Source: Bacilli bacterium (lineage in GTDB: Bacteria; Bacillota_I; Bacilli_A; RF39; UBA660). Taken from it: DNA of 58,413 nucleotides. The position numbers and the translations under genes are program-made. The stretch lies in NCBI GenBank assembly GCA_035388245.1, contig DAOOPL010000001.1, forward strand, positions 1 to 58,413, written 5' to 3'. Under the pieces are notes generated by a model. The model did no database searches. It worked only from the letters and a program-made list of their open reading frames with translations, and was not told the origin of the DNA. Shown here one piece after another: positions 19,118 to 25,912 of this stretch (position 1 is the stretch's first letter; the number at the start of each line of letters is the position of its first letter).

Positions 19118-19597
19118 TTGAGAGAGTCAGCAGGAGGATTAAGAGTACTGGGAATGGTAATGGTGTTCTTCTTTATTTTTATTATGCTACTGGCAGTTTC
19201 TATCAATTATGCACAAGCTTTTAGAGTTAAGAATAAGATAATTGATTACATTGAACAGTATGAAGGATACAATTTATTAGCACCAGGTGATGATAGTACT
19301 CAGTATGGTAATGCAAAAGATAAAATTGATGACTATATTGATAGTATTGGATATTTTACTTTTGAAGATGGTAGTAGTGCAGCGAAAACAGGTAGTTATA
19401 GTGTTTGTAGAAAAGAAGTAACTAGAAATCAAGTTAGAGGTAGAATATATACTATAGTAACAAATGTTACTTTACATTTACCGGGTATAATAACTGATTT
19501 AAGCATACCAATAACAGGAGAAACAAAATTCATTAGTAAAAATGGTGTTGATTATACTGATTCTAGTATGAATGAGGGTATTCAAGTGTGTAATTAA
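19118..19597 (+). CDS. TadE/TadF-like pseudopilin candidate
   Basis: TTG start after aagggaag. N-terminus MRESAGGLRVLGMVMVFFFIFIMLL shares the (K/R)ESAG(E/G)L leader with the 49-aa pilin. The underlying DNA GA(A/G)TCAGCAGGAG(A/G)ATTA is nearly identical. Confidence 0.5.
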   Translation: MRESAGGLRVLGMVMVFFFIFIMLLAVSINYAQAFRVKNKIIDYIEQYEGYNLLAPGDDSTQYGNAKDKIDDYIDSIGYFTFEDGSSAAKTGSYSVCRKEVTRNQVRGRIYTIVTNVTLHLPGIITDLSIPITGETKFISKNGVDYTDSSMNEGIQVCN

Positions 19598-19657
19598 TTT
19601 TTATTGACAAATAATAAATAATAATGTAAGATTTAAATATAGTAAGGAGTGATTTAT

Positions 19658-20020
19658 ATGTTTATATTAGAAACAGCTTGTTATAATCTGCAAGTTAAAA
19701 CAATAATTGGAGCAATACGTTATATTGTTACATTTATACAGTTTGTTGTACCAGTATTATTAATTGTGTGGGGTATTTTAGATCTTTCTAAAGCAATTAC
19801 TGCAGGTAAAGAAGAAGAAATAAAAAAATGGCGTAAAACACTAGTTGATAGAATTATTGCAGCAGTTATAGTTTTCTTAGTACCATTTATTGTATTTACA
19901 ATAACTGGATTACTAGGGGATTCAAAATGGAAAGATTGTTGGCAAGAAGCATCAGAAGTAAAATTGTCAGACTTAGTAAATTTTACTGAGAATCAAGGAA
20001 AAGGTAAAAAAGCTCAATAA
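19658..20020 (+). CDS. two-TM small protein, VirB2/TrbC-like pilin-like conjugal transfer protein candidate
   Basis: ATG at 19658, 8 nt after AAGGAG. Two TM helices separated by a charged loop (LDLSKAITAGKEEEIKKWRKTLVDRIIAAVIVFLVPFIVFTITGLLG). Paralogous to 20133..20387. Confidence 0.5.
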   Translation: MFILETACYNLQVKTIIGAIRYIVTFIQFVVPVLLIVWGILDLSKAITAGKEEEIKKWRKTLVDRIIAAVIVFLVPFIVFTITGLLGDSKWKDCWQEASEVKLSDLVNFTENQGKGKKAQ

Positions 20021-20045
20021 TTAAATATTAATTAGTTATAATTAG

Positions 20046-20075
20046 CTATTTGTATAAAAAACAAATAGTTTTTTT
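20046..20075 (+). terminator. rho-independent terminator
   Basis: ctatttgt-ataaaaa-acaaatag followed by ttttttt. Confidence 0.6.
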
Positions 20076-20132
20076 ATTGTATTTATAATATTTTTATGTT
20101 AAAATTATGTATAGTAGTTGGGAGTGAACATA

Positions 20133-20387
20133 ATGAATGAAAAGTGTGAAACTATTACTGAACTTATGACAACTTATTGGGCATATATATATATACTTAT
20201 ACCAATAGTAATAATTGTATTAATAGTATTTAGTTATGCTAGAGCAGTTATGTCATCAGAAGCTGATGCATTAAAAAAAGCCCACACTGCAAATATTAGA
20301 CGTTTAATAGCGGGTGTTATTTTAGTTATGTTACCATTTTTAATAAGAACTATATTTGATTTATTTGGAATAGATTTTTGTATATAA
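20133..20387 (+). CDS. two-TM small protein, VirB2/TrbC-like candidate (paralog)
   Basis: ATG at 20133 after GGGAG. YARAVMSSEADALKKAHTANIRRLIAGVILVMLPFLIRTIFDLFG aligns with the preceding protein. Confidence 0.5.
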   Translation: MNEKCETITELMTTYWAYIYILIPIVIIVLIVFSYARAVMSSEADALKKAHTANIRRLIAGVILVMLPFLIRTIFDLFGIDFCI

Positions 20388-20399
20388 AGGGGTGAAAAT

Positions 20400-23168
20400 A
20401 TGTTAATTCTTGCATCAGTCATAGGGGTTTATTTTAGAGAACTATTATACATGATTGATTTTGCAGTATATGCTCTTGTTGGTGGAATATATAATCTTTT
20501 TATTGATATCACAAAAGTAAGAATAGATAATGATATCATCAAGGGATTTGTTAACAGTATGTATGCAATAATAGCGATATATTCTCTATTTATTATGGCT
20601 AAAATGTTAATAAATATTATTCTTAATCCTGATGACTTTAGTGATAAAAAGAAAGGTACTGGTGCAATATTTACTAGACTTGTTATTGCAATATTTTTAG
20701 TTGTATTAATTCCTTTTATATTTCAAAATGCTTTTTTAATTCAAGATAAATTACTTGCTACTGATTCTGATAATCCAGGGATATTAGTAGAATTATTTCT
20801 AGGAGATCAGCAACAAATTGATTCAACGGCTGATCCTGGTGAAGAAATAAAAAATTTAGTTATATCAGCATTAATAAAGCCTGAAGAAAAATATGGTGAA
20901 ATTATATATTCAAATTATCTTGATAAAAATAATAATAATGAATTTGATGAAGGAGATATACCATTGGTAGATCCAAATCAAGATTCAACAGGTACAAAAC
21001 CAAAATTAATGACAATTTTATTATATAAGGCAGCAGGAAACTGTGCGGAAGATGATAAATGTATAGAAATAATTAATAAATACAATGATTTTTTAGCAGG
21101 TTCAGCAGTTGGTACAAAAAATGCATCAATATTGCTTCAACCAATTTTGACAACACGCGTAAAAGATGATGTAACAGGAGAAAAAGAATTTGTATTATCA
21201 TATTCTTATTTTGTAGTAACAATATGTGGTGCTTTTATAGCATACATACTATTAAGTTTTTCTATTGATGTTGCAGTTCGTGTATTCAAATTAGGAGTAT
21301 TACAAATTACTGCACCTTTATTTGTTGCAACATATGTTGATCCAAAATCGGCAGAAAGTGGGCCATTTAGTAAATGGCAAAAAGAAACAATATCCACATA
21401 TATACAGGTATTTATTAGAGTAATACTTATGGTCTTTTTAATAATATTTGTAAGACTAATAGGTGATAGTGGTGGAGAGTTCTTTAAGATGATGGAGCAA
21501 GGAAAAGCAAATATATTGTTAGTACAACTTGCATTAATGATTGGACTGCTAATATTTATTAAGAAAGCACCAAAAATGATAGAAGATTTATTAGGTATTA
21601 AGAGTGATAGTAAACTTGGTATCATGGAAAAATTAGGTGGAGCAGCATTAATTGGTGGAACTGCTAAAGCTATGGGTGAAAGAATTAAAAAAACAAGAAC
21701 AGGTATAAAGAATTCAGCTATTGGTGGAGTAAAAAGAGGTATTGGTAGTGGTCTTTCTGGATATCAAGCAGCAAGAGGTGTAGGAGCAGATCGTAGTAAA
21801 TCATTTAGACAAGGTCTTGGTGGTTTTGCAAAAGGAGTAAGAGTTGGTGGTACAGAAGGATATAAAGCAGAAAATACAAGAGGATATTATACTAAAGGAA
21901 GAAAAGATACAAATAGTAAATATAGAACTACTGGTGAGAAGCTATCTGGTGCACTTAAGGATTTAGCATTAGGCCCTGAAAGTTTATTTTGGGATGCAGA
22001 ACTTGAAAAAGATGCTAAAAAAGCAAAGAAAAGAGCAAGTTTATTATTACCTGAATTATTTACAGTGGATGAATATGGTAACAAACATGTTGCCCCAACT
22101 ACAGATCAGGAATTTATTAGAGCAAGGCAAGACAAAGACCCTAGTAAAAAACCTACTACGGTAAAATTCGAGGAAATAGATCCTATTACAGGTAAAAAGA
22201 TACCAAAAATGGTACCACAAATGGTATTTGATGAAAAAACAAAAACAATGATACCACAAATGGAACTTGACCCAGTAACAAGAACAATGAAACCAAAAAT
22301 GGTTCAAAAAGAGGAATATGTATTAACTGCAAATGACGTAAGTGCGACAAAGAAATCAGTAGAGTTTGTAGAAGCAACACCAGAAGTAAAACATACTGTA
22401 TTAGGAAAAATGCTCGAAGTTAGAAAAACAGCTGTTGATGCAGCAATTGTTGCAACAGATGATAATAGAGAAATTGATAGTAGATTAGCTACAGTAATAA
22501 AAAATATTTCTGATGAAACTGGAAGACATGGTGCAGTTATTGCTAAAGTACAAGAGGCAAAAGCAGAGGCGACAAGAACATATACTCAATTAGGTCTAGC
22601 GCAAGGAGAAACAGCAAGAACAAATTTAGAAATAGAGAGATTACAAACAAGAGAAAAAGATTTGGAGGAGCAAAAAACAAAATTAGAAGCAGAACAAAAA
22701 CAGGCACATCAAATAGAAATTACGGCTTCTGATCCTGAACAAAAAGCAAAAGCACAACAAAGAAGAGAGCAAGCAGAAGCAAGAATAAGCGATATAGAAA
22801 AATCAATATTGTCAGTAGTTGAACAAGTTTCAGGTGCAAAAGCAGAACATACTAAAGCTCAATCAGCAGAAGTTTCAGCACTACAAGCACATGAATTAGC
22901 ACAAAAAGCAATAGAAGAAGCAGAGGCTGAAGAAAAAGCAGCAGGTGTTAGTGCAGAAGCTTTAGAAGCTTTAGAAGAACAAAGAAGAGATTTGGAAAGA
23001 AGAAAAGTATCTAATGCTGCTGTTATTGAAAAAGGTGTTAAAAGTGCTGATACAATTGATGGAGAAGCATTTGATCCAAGTAATCTTGAACATCGTACAA
23101 GAATTAGCCAAATATTTTCTAAAGATCAAGAAGAAATTGATAAATTAAAACCACAAGAATCAAAATAA
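20400..23168 (+). CDS. VirB6/TrbL-like polytopic T4SS channel protein with a long C-terminal extension
   Basis: 922 aa. Multiple TM helices in the first ~400 aa. Then a Gly/Lys-rich linker, short (K)M.PQM repeats and an Ala/Glu/Lys/Gln coiled-coil-like tail. Occupies the PrgH/TcpH/ConG position. Confidence 0.6.
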   Translation: MLILASVIGVYFRELLYMIDFAVYALVGGIYNLFIDITKVRIDNDIIKGFVNSMYAIIAIYSLFIMAKMLINIILNPDDFSDKKKGTGAIFTRLVIAIFLVVLIPFIFQNAFLIQDKLLATDSDNPGILVELFLGDQQQIDSTADPGEEIKNLVISALIKPEEKYGEIIYSNYLDKNNNNEFDEGDIPLVDPNQDSTGTKPKLMTILLYKAAGNCAEDDKCIEIINKYNDFLAGSAVGTKNASILLQPILTTRVKDDVTGEKEFVLSYSYFVVTICGAFIAYILLSFSIDVAVRVFKLGVLQITAPLFVATYVDPKSAESGPFSKWQKETISTYIQVFIRVILMVFLIIFVRLIGDSGGEFFKMMEQGKANILLVQLALMIGLLIFIKKAPKMIEDLLGIKSDSKLGIMEKLGGAALIGGTAKAMGERIKKTRTGIKNSAIGGVKRGIGSGLSGYQAARGVGADRSKSFRQGLGGFAKGVRVGGTEGYKAENTRGYYTKGRKDTNSKYRTTGEKLSGALKDLALGPESLFWDAELEKDAKKAKKRASLLLPELFTVDEYGNKHVAPTTDQEFIRARQDKDPSKKPTTVKFEEIDPITGKKIPKMVPQMVFDEKTKTMIPQMELDPVTRTMKPKMVQKEEYVLTANDVSATKKSVEFVEATPEVKHTVLGKMLEVRKTAVDAAIVATDDNREIDSRLATVIKNISDETGRHGAVIAKVQEAKAEATRTYTQLGLAQGETARTNLEIERLQTREKDLEEQKTKLEAEQKQAHQIEITASDPEQKAKAQQRREQAEARISDIEKSILSVVEQVSGAKAEHTKAQSAEVSALQAHELAQKAIEEAEAEEKAAGVSAEALEALEEQRRDLERRKVSNAAVIEKGVKSADTIDGEAFDPSNLEHRTRISQIFSKDQEEIDKLKPQESK

Positions 23169-23186
23169 ATAAAAAGGGAGGCAGTT

Positions 23187-23501
23187 ATGAATCAAGAGTA
23201 TTTGATACCAGCAAATGCAAAAAGAGGTATGCTCATATTTAATGTTTTTAGAACAATAGATTTAATTATTGCAGGAGTTGGAACAGGAATTACTATTATT
23301 GCATTTTTAATAGTACAACCAAACACATTATGGAGTGCAGTATTAGTACTAGCTCCAGTAGCAATAGCAGCATTTTTAGTAACACCATTTGCACATTATC
23401 ACAATGTGCTTTGTGTGTTAATAAATATATATGAGTTTTTAACAACACAGCAAAAGTATAAATGGAAGGGTTGGTGTTCAAAAGATGAATACAGCGAATA
23501 G
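23187..23501 (+). CDS. VirB3/PrgI-like small membrane protein
   Basis: 104 aa with two TM helices. Lies immediately upstream of VirB4 and overlaps the next ORF by 17 nt. Confidence 0.5.
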   Translation: MNQEYLIPANAKRGMLIFNVFRTIDLIIAGVGTGITIIAFLIVQPNTLWSAVLVLAPVAIAAFLVTPFAHYHNVLCVLINIYEFLTTQQKYKWKGWCSKDEYSE

Positions 23502-24027
23502 TAAGACAACAGACTTATTAATACCAGTAAGAGGCATCGTAAATGGTATGATAGAGTTAGATAATAAGGAGAAGGTGGCAGGAGTCAAAGTAACGCCTAG
23601 AAATATCTTTATATTAGATGAAGCAATGCAGTTTTCTGTAATAGATAATCTAAAGAATTTCTATAATACGTTAGACTTTGAATTTTGGCTTGTAGTAGCA
23701 GATAGACCAGTTGATATATCTGTTTATTTAGCACAATTACAAGCACTATATAATAGTTCTCAAGATTCTATTACAAGAAAGTTAGTATCTGAAGATTTAA
23801 AGAAAGCTAATGATTTTGCAAAAGAAAATGTAACTGATGTAGAGTTTTATATTTTATTTAAAGAAAAAAATGTAGATAATGTGCAAAAGAAGATAAGAAT
23901 AATGATAAATGGACTTGCTGCTGCAGGACTTGTTGCAGCACAAGCTAATAATGAAGATTTAAGAACATTATTAGATAATTTCTTAAATGGTGGAGTAACC
24001 ACTAAGTTTGGGACGGTGATGGCGTAA
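23485..24027 (+). CDS. VirB4 N-terminal-domain-like protein (split VirB4, part 1)
   Basis: 180 aa. LLIPVRGIVNGMIELDNKEKVAGVKVTPRNIFILDEAMQ...RPVDISVYL resembles the N-terminal domain of Gram-positive VirB4 proteins (Tn916 Orf16 type). TAATG overlap with the ATPase ORF. Confidence 0.45.
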   Translation: MNTANSKTTDLLIPVRGIVNGMIELDNKEKVAGVKVTPRNIFILDEAMQFSVIDNLKNFYNTLDFEFWLVVADRPVDISVYLAQLQALYNSSQDSITRKLVSEDLKKANDFAKENVTDVEFYILFKEKNVDNVQKKIRIMINGLAAAGLVAAQANNEDLRTLLDNFLNGGVTTKFGTVMA

Positions 24028-25814
24028 TGAATATAAAGAAAGAGTTAGCACCTAAGGGTCTAGAGTTTCATCCATCAGATTTTATAGTTAGTGATAAATG
24101 GGCAACAATATTAACAGCAATATCTTATCCAACATGGATTACACCTGGTTTCTTAGCAAATATTACTAGTAATTCTGGTGTAAAGATAGTTATAAAACAC
24201 ATACCAGTACCATTTATGGTAATGTCTAAAATGCTTAATAAACAATTATCAGAGCTAAGAGATTTATATGAAAAAGAAAAAGATAAATTATATCAAGAAA
24301 GATTAAGACAAGATTATGAGTCATTAAATGATTTTATACAAATGATTACTACTAATCAATCTAAGATATATGATTTTCAAATGCATATTATGATTACAGC
24401 AGATACTAAAGAAGATTTAGAAGCAAAGAAAATACAGATGAAAAACTACTTAGAAGCTTTAGAAATAAGAGCAGTACCACTTAGGTTTGAACAAAAGAAA
24501 GTACTTAGTTCTATGCTTCCAATATATGGTAAACAAGATATTGAAGAGCAAATTGGTACTCCAATTGCCTCTCCAACAATAGCAGCTATGTATCCATTTA
24601 TATTTGATAGTTTAAAAGATCCAGGCTTATCATGCCTACTTGGAGTTGATTTCTCTGGTGGTGTAGTATTATTTAATCAGTTCTTATATCAAATGAGAAA
24701 AGAACATAATAGAAATAATGCTAATATGATAATACTTGGTACTTCTGGTTCTGGTAAGTCAACAGCAGCTAAGTTATTACTTCGTACTAATATTAGAAAC
24801 AATTATAAATCAGTTGTTATTGATCCAGAAGGTGAACTAGAAGAAATGGTTGCTAGAATGAAAGGTGACTTTATTGACCTTGGTAAAGGTGGTCAATTTG
24901 GTATGGTTAATCCTCTTGAAGTAATACTTGATGCTGATGAAGATGAGTTAAAGCAAGGATTAGGATATACAGTACTTACTAAGACACTACAATTCTTAAA
25001 AGCATTTATGAAATATTATGATCCATCTATTACAGAAGATATTCTTACTATGTTTAGTGAGATAGCACAACTAACATATCAAAGATTTAATATATCATTT
25101 GAATCAGATTTTTCTAATTTAAAATCAGAACAATACCCAGTATTTTCAGATTTATATGAAACATTAATAAGAAGATTAGAAGCTTATGGTGATCAAGTTA
25201 CTCATGAAAAAGATATATTAGAAAAACTTGAATTAAAAGTAAGACCACTGGTTAAAGAACTTAAATTTTATTTTGATGGTCATACAACAATACAACCTCG
25301 TACTAAGTTTATAGTATTTAATATTAGAGAGTTAATGCAGGCAGATACTAATATTAGAAATGCACTATTTTTCAATATATTAAAATATGCATGGGGACAT
25401 TGTTTAGATAAATCAATTAATACAATATTAATGGTTGATGAAGCTCATATACTATTAAGTGGTAATAATACTTTAGGTGCTGATTTCTTGGCACAAGTAC
25501 AAAGAAGAGCACGTAAATATAACAGTGGAACAATATTTATTACTCAACAACCAAGTGACTTTGCAGATCCTTCTGTAATTACTCAGGGTAAAGCAATATT
25601 TGATAACGCATCATACTACTTAATAATGGGATTAAAGAAACAAGCGACAGATGATTTAGCTAAATTAATTGATTTAAATGAGAATGAAAAAGAAACAGTT
25701 AAAAGATATAATCAGGGAGAAGCACTATTTGTATGTGGTAGTAGACGTATGAGAATAGATGTAGTATTAACTGAAACAGAACTAGATTCATTTGGTTCTG
25801 GCGGTGGATTATAA
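24027..25814 (+). CDS. VirB4-like T4SS ATPase (part 2, ATPase domain)
   Basis: Walker A ILGTSGSGKSTAAK, Walker B ILMVDEAHILL, IFITQQPSDF. Confidence 0.8.
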   Translation: MNIKKELAPKGLEFHPSDFIVSDKWATILTAISYPTWITPGFLANITSNSGVKIVIKHIPVPFMVMSKMLNKQLSELRDLYEKEKDKLYQERLRQDYESLNDFIQMITTNQSKIYDFQMHIMITADTKEDLEAKKIQMKNYLEALEIRAVPLRFEQKKVLSSMLPIYGKQDIEEQIGTPIASPTIAAMYPFIFDSLKDPGLSCLLGVDFSGGVVLFNQFLYQMRKEHNRNNANMIILGTSGSGKSTAAKLLLRTNIRNNYKSVVIDPEGELEEMVARMKGDFIDLGKGGQFGMVNPLEVILDADEDELKQGLGYTVLTKTLQFLKAFMKYYDPSITEDILTMFSEIAQLTYQRFNISFESDFSNLKSEQYPVFSDLYETLIRRLEAYGDQVTHEKDILEKLELKVRPLVKELKFYFDGHTTIQPRTKFIVFNIRELMQADTNIRNALFFNILKYAWGHCLDKSINTILMVDEAHILLSGNNTLGADFLAQVQRRARKYNSGTIFITQQPSDFADPSVITQGKAIFDNASYYLIMGLKKQATDDLAKLIDLNENEKETVKRYNQGEALFVCGSRRMRIDVVLTETELDSFGSGGGL

Positions 25815-25836
25815 TTAAATAAAAATATTATAAATT

Positions 25837-25870
25837 AAAATAGATATTATAAATTCAATATCTATTTTTT
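25837..25870 (+). terminator. rho-independent terminator
   Basis: aaaatagatatt-ataaattc-aatatctatttt hairpin with T-run. Confidence 0.55.
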
Positions 25871-25912
25871 AATATAATATGATATAATATAATAAAATAA
25901 AGAGGTGATTGC

